Source: Neoechinorhynchus agilis (lineage: Eukaryota; Animalia; Acanthocephala). From it: a DNA stretch of 64,000 nt. Within the stretch, counting starts at the first letter, position 1, and each line of letters begins with the position of its first letter. Shown here piece by piece: positions 1 to 10,440 of the stretch. A program made the translations under genes and the position numbers. Below the pieces are notes generated by a model. It saw nothing but the letters and a program-made list of their open reading frames with translations. It was not told the DNA's origin and did no database searches. The stretch is taken from NCBI GenBank assembly GCA_051530055.1, contig CM121341.1, forward strand, positions 992,001-1,056,000, read 5' to 3'.

Positions 1-182
1 ATTGATAATGGTCGGACTCAACAGATTCCGAACATGGTCTATGTAGATCACGATGAATGAACAATATAATTTTGATCGATTTGGTGGTGTAATTTAAGTG
101 TGCTTTTGTGTGTGTTTTTCTTTTTGAAATCTACCATTGATTCCCTGATCTTGTGGAGATCCACGGAAACCCGAACGCATTT

Positions 183-760
183 TTAATTCCCAATATAAGA
201 TGGCTTACTTGTTAGATAACAGTACAAATAAAATGCGGGTGCAACGACCGCAACTCCGAGCACAATACAAACGAGATGTAGAGTCTTGATGCCTCCACTA
301 GAATTGTTGTTGTTGTCATTGGACCTCAGTATGGCCGTTGGTGTTGTCTGGATTAGTTTCGAATTCGCCAATGTCTCATCAGCGCTTTTTAGCACACTTT
401 GAATTTGGTCGGCGTCGTTGGTTGATGGGTTTCTTCTATCTTCAGGAATTGTCTCGGCTTGTATTATGTTCCACAAAGGACCAAATGGAATAGCTGGGAT
501 CTTTATGGTCCGCAAAGCATGGAAATCCAAATCCGTTGTTATTCCATTCAAACGTCGAAGTTCAGTAATCTATCAAAAAAAGGGAGCTGAGATGAGCAAA
601 TAACGATATGTAAGACGTGAAAAAAACTCACCGGTACTCGGTATCGGATAGATATACTCTGCAATGAGTCATTCTGGTAAATGGGTCGCTCAATGTACTC
701 ACAATCAACCAACGGTATGCGATGAACTTGCTTCATTTCCATTTCCATTTTCCTACTCAT
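183..760 (-). CDS. LysM domain protein with C-terminal TM helix (LYSMD3/4-like); exons 760-632 and 569-183
   Basis: The spliced product reads ERPIYQNDSLQSISIRYRVP|ITELRRLNGITTDLDFHALRTIKIP, matching the LYSMD3/4 LysM pattern (GDTL..IAL.Y...V..IKR.NNL..D.DF.AL..IKIP). GTGAGT..TAG intron at 631-570; TM segment LVCIVLGVAVVAPAFYLYCYL. Confidence 0.85.
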
Positions 761-856
761 TCAGAAAAACTACACTGCAAACGCTTCCTACGATGTATCT
801 AAAATGCACCGATAAACCAATAATCGATTTTACGGCGAAAAATAAGCGGAAATCAT

Positions 857-895
857 CGATTGGCTCGCCTACGTAGATTAATCGTGCTGACGTCA
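857..895. promoter_or_regulatory. Candidate CCAAT box (ATTGG 859-863) and CRE/ATF site TGACGTCA (888-895) upstream of the LysM gene
   Basis: Exact motif matches 100-130 bp upstream of the ATG at 760; function is inferred. Confidence 0.4.
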
Positions 896-957
896 ATGTT
901 TCTGAAAGAATCAAGGAATCCAGGGTTTGGCGATCGACAAACTTGGGATTTATGCCA

Positions 958-1380
958 TTTCACACACACACAATATTTCCTAAGTTTCATCGGATTTCTT
1001 CGGATATGAAGAAATCCGACGAAACTTAGGAAATATTGTGTGTGCGAAAGGGAATTAATCTCTATTTTCTCAGTCATTAAACAAAAAAGAAATCCTACCT
1101 CCACCTTTTAACAGTTTGAAGAAATCCGACGAAACTTAAGAAATATTGTGTGTGCGAAAGGGAATTAATCTCTATTTTCGCAATTTTTTTTAACTTTTTT
1201 TATTTATTTAACCAAAAGCAAGCATACATAATTTATAGTTTCTTCGGCGCTCCTATTCGATAGGGAAAAATACAAACAAAAAAGAAATCCTACCTCCACC
1301 TTTTAACAGTTTGAAGAAATCCGACGAAACTTATGAAATATTGTGTGTGCGAAAGGGAATTAATCTCTATTTTTTCAATC
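958..1380. repeat. Hairpin of about 43 bp arms (958-1049) plus two further direct copies of its right arm
   Basis: GAAGAAATCCGACGAAACTTA.GAAATATTGTGTGTGCGAAAGGGAATTAATCTCTATTTT occurs at about 1008, 1118 and 1314; its reverse complement lies at 958-1001. Confidence 0.85.
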
Positions 1381-1845
1381 ATTAAACAAAAATCCTATAT
1401 TTTGGAAACACAATCCTGTGCTTTGATTAAGGTAGTTTACTTGTGACCGAAATATCGAACTCAAATTTTCCGCCATATAAAAACATCAAAACAATTGAAT
1501 CTTCAAACGATTCCTAAAATCAAATCTTTGTATCTTAGTTCCCGAGGTTTTGGACGCCCCAAAGTCGATTTGTCGTTGTGTGTACCAGAATCTGGTGCTT
1601 CGTATTGAACCAGCTTGTGAAAATTTTTAGGTTCGGTTCCTGCTGTTGCCTTACAAAAAGTACCCAATTTCACTTTAGGTTTCTATATTCAGTGTAATAG
1701 GTTTAATTTGAAACAAACAAAAAACGTGGCCGAAAATGTTTTGTAAAGATGTTATCCAAAGATTGTTTTTGGTCGGCCGAAGTGAAGAAAAATAATTCAA
1801 ATTTCGACATGCGAGGAGTAGGTACCGGGATATTTGATTAGAAAA

Positions 1846-2024
1846 TTATCGTTTAAAAGTTTTAACCTGAGAAATAATTTTTTGCACTAAAGACGTTTCG
1901 AACCTCGTCATGTTCATCATCCGTTTAAGTGTCTTAATTACTAACAAACTGATAATGAACCCGACGAGGTTCAAAAAGTCTTTAGTGCAAAAATTATTTC
2001 CCAGGTTAAAACTTCTAAACAATA
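1846..2024. mobile_element. MITE-like foldback
   Basis: TTTAACCTGAGAAATAATTTTTTGCACTAAAGAC..GAACCTCGTC pairs with GACGAGGTTC..GTCTTTAGTGCAAAAATTATTTCCCAGGTTAAA. Confidence 0.75.
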
Positions 2025-2101
2025 ATCAATATTTAATTATTTCGCCCTCTACGCGTTGAATTTCTTCAAAATCGTTTGTAATTATTGAAAATAAAGAAAT
2101 T

Positions 2102-2330
2102 TATTCTCAGTGGCGAATTGTCACACATTCGAGTTTTATTATTGAACTCTTTATTGCGAATTTTCAGGGTCTCAGCCTCCTTCTCAAACATCTAAAAATG
2201 GATGTGACGGAGGTAACTAAGTTGATAGCCTTGACTCGGGTGCTTGAGAAGGAGGCTGAGGCCTTGAAAATTCGCAATAAAGATTTCAATAATAAAAGCT
2301 CGAGTGTTTAACAATTCGCCATTGAGAATA
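2102..2330. mobile_element. MITE-like foldback with imperfect arms of about 90 bp
   Basis: TATTCTCAGTGGCGAATTG..TTATTGCGAATTTTCAGGGTCTCAGCCTCCTTCTCAA pairs with TTGAGAAGGAGGCTGAGGCCTTGAAAATTCGCAATAA..CAATTCGCCATTGAGAATA. Confidence 0.75.
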
Positions 2331-2989
2331 CACATCCACTCGAAGGAACAATTGGATAAAAAGAAATTTATGTAGCTTTTTCGCAAAACTAACGGTTTTT
2401 TTATTATCTTTCAATACTTAAATGTTTTTTACTGGCAGGCCAGTTCTACCGCTGAAGGAAAGAGGAAACTCACCGATAAGTCCCACCTTGGAGAAAGCTC
2501 TGAAAAACGCATAATCGTATGGCTGAGGGTATTAAGTAAATGCAAGAAATCGGCGTGGCTTCATGCCAAGAAGGAAAAAGCCGAGGAAGTGATGCTCTAA
2601 AATCAGAATTTTTCAATACTTCGACAATTCTGAAGAAATTTAACGTAAAGGACGAGATATTAAATCATTTTTCCTCATTTCGCCTGACCAAAATTTTTTT
2701 CTCGTGACGTAGTAATCCAAGATTTTGCTTTGATCTTTTTTATTTTTCTATTTTGGAAATCATTGACAGGGAAAATCATTCAGGATAGTCAAAGTATATA
2801 CTTTTGGTGAAAATAATCAACCGGTCATAACATATTTGATTTATTTGAAATGTTTCGGACAAATTAACCTCGTAACGAATACGTCACGAACTACCTGTAG
2901 TTGGTCTAAATGTACCCATAGAGGCTTCTCGGATTTTGAAGACTACGATTAATTTAATTTCATTCATTATTACTGTTGGGTGAAACGAG

Positions 2990-3183
2990 ATTTGTTTTGT
3001 GCGGACACCCAGACGTTTTTTATTATGCAAATTTTCGGAGAGCAAAGTCTCCCTCTTCAGGCTTTTGGTCATTGCTTGCAATTGAAAAAACTTGCAAACA
3101 ATGACCAAAAGCCTGAAGAGGGAGACTTTGCTCTCCGAAAATTTGCATAATAAAAAACGTCTGGGTGTCCGCACAAAACAAAT
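2990..3183. repeat. Perfect 85-bp inverted repeat with a 24-nt loop
   Basis: 2990-3074 is the exact reverse complement of 3099-3183, checked base by base. Confidence 0.95.
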
Positions 3184-3264
3184 TAATTTAATTAAACTCG
3201 TAGCTACAAAGCGCGTATTCAAAATTCTTTCCTTTTTATTACTGCATTTATTTTAGATTTAGAG

Positions 3265-4056
3265 ATGCTCACCCATCGTGGATTTTCAATTCTTCGTCCA
3301 ACTGCTCGATTAGCATTGATGAAGCGAAAATTAGCTGTCGCAACTGAAACTGTCGCAGCCACGCCTACCCCGTCTTCTTCTTCAAATGAACTTATTACGA
3401 CTTTTGCGACTCCAAGTGATGTGAGTATTTTCTAATATAGTTTCTGGAATCTGATTTCCGCACACACTCGTGTGTAGATCTTTTATAATCAATCAAATGA
3501 TGTCAAACAAGTCGATATTCCAACTATTGGATCGGGAGATATGGGTATTCTTGCACGTCATGTCCCAGCCATCGGTGTTCTAAAGACGGGAGTCCTTACA
3601 TTTTATGAGAAAGATGGAACCACAAAACGGTTTATTGGTTTGTTTTTGAGATTATCGATTTTGGTGCTTCCTTTAATTTGTGATTCAACATTAAATAACG
3701 ATTTTGGGATTCGTTGATTTTCTTTTTATTAGACAAAATTTAAAAGACACCATTCGCAGCATCTAGTGGAACCGCTGTGGTAAATAGTGATTCATCACTG
3801 CAGATATTGGCAGAAGAAGCATTTCCAATTGATAAGTTCGATTTAGAGGCAAGTAATACCCTGTCAAAGTTTAAATATAACCATCTACACATAGGCTTGC
3901 AAACAGCAGGTATCCGAGTGGCAGGCGAAATTGGACAGTGCAAAGACCGAGACCGAATCAACGGAGGCTAAAATCGGCCTTGAGTGTGCGGATATCGTTT
4001 TAAAAATCGTATCTAAAGAAACTCAAGGATTGTCATCGGCTCAAACTAAGCAATAG
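3265..4056 (+). CDS. ATP5F1D: Mitochondrial ATP synthase F1 delta subunit; exons 3265-3420, 3478-3637, 3760-3848, 3895-4056
   Basis: Spliced motifs TFATPSD|IFYN..VKQVDIPT..GDMGILARHVPAIGVLKTG and ASSGTAVVNSDSSLQILAEEAFPIDKFDLE; N-terminal transit peptide; third intron is GC-AG. Confidence 0.95.
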
Positions 4057-4759
4057 ATTGTCAGTTTTCTCGAAACAAAATAGAAATTCTACCATAATCT
4101 GTTAACATTATTCATTTCTGACCCACTAGCGTGGCTAATAAAGGTAGCTTTTCAAATGCAAACTCTCAACTTTTTTTCATCTGAGTTAAAGTAACGACAT
4201 TAAAGTGTAGAAATTTCATCCTGCTCGTTGAGCAGTTCTTGAGCTTTGTCCAAATGATGTCCAGAACTATCAGTCGCATTGTCCGTGAGAAACAACATTT
4301 TCTTTCCCTTCCAACGAATCATGCGGATCCAAAATAAAGTTGTATTTCACAAGATAATCCAAACTTTCTAAATGTTGTGGCATCATGGCTATCGTTGGTA
4401 GAATAGTTTTTTATCGGCTAGTTGATTTTGATTTATTTGATTTTGGTTGGTTAAGTTGTTAGTTGTTGGTTTCCGTTCTTTCCTCCGAATCAATTCGCAT
4501 TTGGAGGATTGAGCAGTGGGGAAGAAAGAGCAGCGGTAGAAATTTGTGTGGGGAAATGAAGGATGGAAAATGTTGGGGCGACGCGAGTGTTCTAAGTGTG
4601 AGTAAAAGGAGAAATGTGGGGTAGAAATTAAGGAAGAAGAGAAAGTGCTTTTGAAAGATTAGAAAAAGGTGTTTTTCTAAGGACAGGAGTTCGGAAGAGC
4701 ATATTAGATAGCACCTCTTGTGAAACGGTGTAATTTTTTTGAATAGTTTAGAAGAAAAA

Positions 4760-5000
4760 TTGCAGAATGTTGGATATGCACGTAGGCGAGCGTTGGTAGG
4801 ATGGCGATGTTATAAAAGTACTTAAGGTCTTTGGATGATAATCCGAGGAGTCGGAGGCGTTTAAGAAGACAGAGTTTAATGGACCCTTAATGCAACGAAA
4901 TTGATGTGTGCTTATCCCACTTCAGATTTTTCTGAAAATGAAGACCAAGTATACGAACAGAGGAGACACGATTGATAGGGAAAGGCAGAAGCGGCTATTC
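4760..5000 (-). mobile_element. Degenerate CR1/L2-like LINE, region C-terminal to the RT core
   Basis: The minus strand reads PINRVSSVRILGLHFQKNLKWDKH..*..LCLLKRLRLLGLSKDLKYFYNIAILPTLAY, matching the LINE V..LG..F..NLKW..H / LYFLKRL..G..FY..I.P.L.Y pattern, with an in-frame stop. Confidence 0.75.
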
Positions 5001-5598
5001 AGCAGGGCTATTTGAGATTGCGGGTAACGATTTCGAAGAACCGCTCTTTTCGCACCCATCCAAGGTTCTCACTAACTATCCTCTAATCCTCGCCGAAAAT
5101 TTGTTCTCATACAATGCCCAAAAATCAAAAGTCATTTTCCTCTCGGTCATACCGTATTGACTGGTATTATCTTTTTTCATTGCGATTGGCGACGGTCTTT
5201 GGTGTTCAAACCAAACTGCCTAGGTCCTTTAGTGCCTTGGGAAGGCAAAACTCAAAAGGCAACGCAATTCGTGATCCTGAAGATGTAATACCAATCTTTC
5301 TGTTTGAGAATTGTTTCGTACAGGATAAAAAGGTTTTCCATCACGCCGAACTGTATTTAAAGTTTTCTTTTATACATTCTAACTATCATCGTTGCATTTC
5401 CCCACATTTTTGCCAATGAGTAAGATTCTGAGAGAAAAAGCATTTTGAAAACTTTAAATTGCGTTGTTGATTTTCGGTCTTATATAATCACTGAAGTGTA
5501 TATATGAGGTTATACTCAAACCCTCCACAAGGTGGTGCTCTGCTGGGAGTGCCCCATTTTCGGTCAGTCCGATGATTCATAACCCACATCCACTTCCG

Positions 5599-5866
5599 GA
5601 TCCATCATTCACCTCGCCGGGTCTGTCATCCAATCCAATTGCTTATCTGTAATTCGTCCACTCCAAATTCCGACTCTGTCATCCACTCCATCTCTCCGGA
5701 TCCGTCATCCACTCCAATTCCCGATCAGTTATTCAATTCTTACTCCAGATCCATCATTCACCTCGCCGGGTCTGTCATCCAATCCAATTGCTTATCTGTA
5801 ATTCGTCCACTCCAAATTTCGACTCTGTCATTTACTCCATCTCTCCGGATCCGTCATCCACTCCAA
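5599..5866. repeat. Tandem duplication with a 149-bp period, rich in TCCA
   Basis: GATCCATCATTCACCTCGCCGGGTCTGTCATCCAATCC starts at 5599 and again at 5748. Confidence 0.9.
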
Positions 5867-6033
5867 AGTATTCAAGGGGACCCAGAGGTATACCTCGCTT
5901 ATTACTAAAAAGCATTTGCATGCCTTCCGGACGACTATGATTAAAAAGTGTTTGGAATTTTTGAAACTGTTAGATGGAATCATGAACACGTCATTAAATA
6001 CGGAAGAAATGTGACACAAAATATGTCGTCATT

Positions 6034-7651
6034 ATGAACGACAAAAATATTTGCGTGTCTCGTCATTACAAAATGTCCTCAAAATCACGTCCAACTCTGG
6101 ATACGTTACCTGATGAATTACTTTACAAGATATTAGACAAAGTGCCGCCTCACCATGTTTATAACAATCTTAGCAAAGTGAACAAAAGTATGTTTGAAAT
6201 TTTAAACAGTAATTCGAGTCCTTATTGGTGTCAGTGTATGCTAAATGACGACCGTCTACTTATTCCACGAAGAGACAAGAACGAATTGTTTCCTGTGAAA
6301 ACCTCAATGGCGGCGAAAACAGTCATAAACCAATACGATTTCGTCCAGCATCGACCGTTTCGTAATTCTCCAAAGGCAAATTGTGAATTTATGGCTGATG
6401 CTGACACAATACAAAAAAGTGTGGACAACTCTCTGTTTTTTCTTTCAACGTCCACAGAATGCATTCTCATTGGCTAGTTTGTAGCCAATCATATCCTAAT
6501 TAAAAAAAGAGGTTTTTGGTAATTAAAAGTGCATTATTTTTGTTTCTTTGATATTTTTTCGCATTTTTAACTCAAAAACACCGTTGGTTATTTTGGCGAC
6601 TACATCTCTTTAACTATATAAATTTTGGTAAATTTAAATTAGAAAAAAGGCGTATTGGATATAATAGGCGCTTGATGATTTATCCATACTTTAGTTAAAG
6701 CTGTATTCATCGTCATCATCATCATATGAACCAAGTGTATTTATTGGTCGACGTGATGGAGTGATTGAGCTTGTGACATCGCATGGCAATCAAGAAGAGC
6801 GTTTTTTGGGTAGGCAATGGATATGGTCCATCGGATGTAGACCTGATCGCCTATACGCCACTTGTCTTTCCGGGCACGTGAATGTATTTTCTTTGAGTGA
6901 AGAAGGAATTGGTCAGAGTGTTTTTGCTCGAAATCTAAAACAGACCGTATCGGTATCTTTGTGCCTCGTTGAGGACCACCAATTCGCGATTGGATCAAAC
7001 GATGGAACTGTTTATTTGATTGACGAACGAACGGATCATTATCCATGTGACATAATTATTAGGCCCCCGATGGGAAACATGAACCATATTAAGAATCTTC
7101 GGTACATTGGGTTCAATCAGCGTCTTGTTGGAATTTATAAGAACACCGTAGCAGAGGTTGATCTAAGAATGAACGAATTTGTTTTCCCACAATCTAGGAA
7201 TCGTCGTTCCGCCGTACACAGTAAGCTTACAACTTTATGTCCGTCCCCGTGGAATACGAGAGAGTATCCGGTGGCAATGTGTGGCGATATAGACGGACGT
7301 ATATTCGACGTGTTTACCAGTGGCCAAAGTGGCGGAGTTGAAATTGTGGCTGCCGTTAGTGAAGGGCAACGTGTACATTCACCAAAACACTATCTTCATT
7401 GGGTTTCAGCCGTGAGTTGGATGGAAGGAGTGAGAGTTGTCGCTGATAATCGTGGACGAGTGTGTCTATGGCCAAACAGTCCGAAAAATGAACGCGATTG
7501 TATGGAACTCTTGTTTTCTGAACTTGATGAATCTGAACTAACGAGCAAATCGTCTCCGTTTGCGTTCGCAGTTGATGCAGCTCAAGGATCGGTCGTTGCA
7601 ACTGGATGTTGTGGAATTATTTCAAAGTGGACTGGAGGAGAGCGACGGTGA
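6034..7651 (+). CDS. F-box plus WD40-like protein (two ORFs, 6034-6477 and about 6695-7651; splice junction unresolved)
   Basis: F-box motif LDTLPDELLYKILDKV..LSKVNK; WD-like repeats IGSNDGTVYLIDER and CGDIDGRIFDV. Confidence 0.7.
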
Positions 7652-7910
7652 GCGAACACACACACAGAACCGATATGAGAATGAGTTTGAACAAAATAGA
7701 TATACGATTTTGTTAACGAAAAAGATTAGAGGTGTATGTGTTATTTAGAAGTCTAACCTCGTCGAATTTATCATCATCAGTTCTAAAATATAAGTCGGAA
7801 TGATACGTCTTTATTAACTTCTATATAATCTGGTATACCTCACATACCGACATTTTAACGAGAAAGGCTTTCTTGTCAATCACCAGAATATTCCGTGAAG
7901 TGTTTGAAGA

Positions 7911-8044
7911 TTTTAAAATCCGATTGTTTTCGAAGGCACAATCTTGTGCCTTCTTTTTTATCAAAGTTGCTTTTCAAAACTTACAAGGAACCTTAATAAA
8001 CGCGTACAAGATTGTGCCTTCGAAAACAATCGGATTTTTAAAAA
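7911..8044. mobile_element. MITE-like foldback; related fragments at about 11897-11960, 13204-13240, 18513-18546 and 57030-57085
   Basis: AAAATCCGATTGTTTTCGAAGGCACAATCTTGT pairs with ACAAGATTGTGCCTTCGAAAACAATCGGATTTT; the ATTGTG..GAAATATCGGATTTAAT core recurs at the other loci. Confidence 0.7.
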
Positions 8045-8385
8045 TCATTTTAATTTTTCTACGCTATAAAACAACCATTTCGTGAAGTGCGTACGCTGTG
8101 ATTATGAAATAAAAAACTGATCTACAAGCCGTTGCAAAAAGATAAGTGAATTTCATCACTATTTTATAATTTTTGCATACTTTTCCAATTCGTTTTAACG
8201 AAATATTTTGTAAATTTTATACTAATTAAAAGCGTATCTTATAAAATGTGTAATGGTGACAGAAATGTTTCTTTCAAAACGGGTTACCATCAAGTATTTT
8301 TATGAGAGAACTAAAAAACCATTATTCCCTGTTTTACAAAATATTATCTGATTTGCGGTAATGAGGGGGGGGCAGCAACCGCAAC

Positions 8386-8494
8386 TATCATCATTTCGTT
8401 TAGAGTCGAGACGCTCGGGTCTTTTGGTACCGCGGCGCAGGACTTGGTCAATCAATCGTCTAAGAGAATGATACGAATCACTGGTGATCCGACA
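8386..8494 (+). mobile_element. CRE-like retrotransposon RLE fragment
   Basis: Translates as YHHFVRVETLGSFGTAAQDLVNQSSKRMIRITGDP. Confidence 0.65.
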
Positions 8495-8698
8495 TTATTA
8501 AAATGAATTGTGTGAAGCAATCATTTTAATTTCAGAATTGAATTGTTAATTGAAGAACAGTGAAATCATTTTAGGAAAAGAACACATTCGGTTCGATTGA
8601 AGATCAAATGCCGAAAGCTCAATGAGCATTCAAAGAATATCTAAACGTCCCTTATACCACCACATTTCCCCTTTATTTGTTATGCCATAGTCAATCGA

Positions 8699-10188
8699 TC
8701 AGATTTGAATCATTTGTTCGATGAGTATGTGAGTAACGAACGGTTCGATTGCGTATGTGGTTGTGAAATAAGTAATGATTCCGAGTGTTATAGATATTGG
8801 AAGTGCAGGAAGAGTTTTTTGAAAGAGTGCGAGTAGAATCATAGTTAAAATTAAACCGAAGAGGATAGATGAGATACAGACGAGAGTTGTCGACCAATTG
8901 GTTTCGTGCGAAGCTTTGGAGATTAGAACAGAATAGAATATAAAATCGCCTAATCCGAGCTTAACTCCTTGTTCAAAAGGTGTATAACGACTAGGGATCG
9001 ACGATGCATTCTGCTCTTCCGGTATTCCATTCTCAACAAAACCTGGATCATCAGTTCGTGCTTCATTGTCGTTGGTTTTAGTCATGATTGTGTACATACA
9101 AGTTGATGAATAAACGAGGGACGGGAAGAGTTGCTCGTTTCTTTCCTGAGCTGTCTTTACCAGAATCCGGAGTGGTCCAAATGGTGCAAGAACCGCAAAA
9201 AGATCCCATGCGCAGATGACCGCAAGAACGAACCAACTAGTCCAATCGGGCATGTATTTGTAGAAGACGAGAGCAACCAGCACACTGACTAGAATGAGGT
9301 ACATTTGACGGAGACGGAGAGGACCGTGCCAATGGATTGTCAGAATGCCAGTTATGGCTATGTTCCATATTCCAAACACAACTGAAATGATATCAATGTT
9401 TGCGTTTAAGGTAGCGCATAGATCTGCGAGGTATCCATGCTGCATGAATCTTTTGGTGGCGCTCATCTAGGATATTTCAATGAAAGAGGATTCTGGACTA
9501 CTTAAATGTCGTTATTTTAACTCTTTGTACATTCATGAAGTAGGGAAATAAAGATTTTTGTTTATCATTACAAAAGCCCAATTATCAATTAAAAGCAAAA
9601 CTTGATAGATTAGGGATCAATTGTGAGTTCTTTATCCGATAAAAACAATGAGATTACCTCGTAAGATACCTTTAAGAATTTTCTAAGGTTTCTATTTTTC
9701 CTTAGTTTGGATCATTAGAGTATTTCTGTAAAATATTCACGATGGAACACATCCAAGAGATTCATGCCTTAGAGAATAACGAAGAGCAAAAGGACGGTAG
9801 TGACAGCAAGCCACCCATGGATAATCACGTAGCATCGGAACCTATATAGTAAAATCAGGGCACAGGTCATTAAAGCGACGAATCCGATGAAGATAAGTGA
9901 GTTTGCGAGTGAGATTAAAATCTTACTTGTGGCTGAACCAACTTCAATGATTGGCGTATATATAAGCACCGGGAGTTCGAGTCCACCTTCGATTATTTCT
10001 GGATCGAATAATGACGTTTGATACCCGTGGATGTATCGAACACTAAGACTGGTCAGCAGCATGCAAACCGTTACCGGAATAAAGATTGTAACACCATGTT
10101 TAGGCGCAGTCCGGATCAGATTTGCAATCGCCGCGTGGTTGTTCCGGCTCGAAGATTCACGATTTTGATCGGCACTCTCATTTTGCAT
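8699..10188 (-). CDS. PSEN: Presenilin (gamma-secretase catalytic subunit); exons about 10188-9772 and 9439-8699
   Basis: Motifs IIHGWL, HWHGPLRLRQMYL, WDLFAVL (catalytic Asp), AQERNEQLFPSLVYSS, GVKLGLGDFIFYSVL (GxGD) and LPALPISI (PAL); single anomalous intron. Confidence 0.95.
9442..9767. mobile_element. MITE-like element with about 38-bp imperfect TIRs filling the presenilin intron
   Basis: GCATGAATCTTTTGG..CATCTAGGATATTT (from 9442) versus the reverse complement of the other end, GCATGAATCTCTTGG..CATCGTGAATATTT (from 9767). Confidence 0.65.
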
Positions 10189-10440
10189 AAATGGAATCCG
10201 TTCGTAACGAGCTGTGGAGGCCAGCTTCTATGATTGACTTAAGCGAAAAAGTCGAGATTCTCTTTAATTGAAATTCTTCCACTTGTTAAGACGGGAAGAA
10301 GCTTCATTTTGTGATCAATTGTTCGTCTCTCATTGGCCAAAGTCGCTTTTTTCCTCAAATAATATTAACCACTTCTCTGTTTTGTTTCTAGTCTTCGTTA
10401 ATCTATTAAAGGTTGATTTTTTTCCGATTAAATCATTTGT

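Noticed and set aside
4100-4330. Minus-strand DNAT..HLDKAQELLNEQD, resembling the Penelope DKG..Y..KA..LL motif
   Set aside because: A single short motif among stops with no other PLE motifs nearby; may be chance.
6475-9771. Stop-codon reassignment as an explanation for the TAG/TAA at the F-box and presenilin junctions
   Set aside because: GOT2, ATP5F1D, DPH7 and TAZ have no in-frame stops, TAA, TAG and TGA all terminate genes here, and readthrough does not restore the frames.
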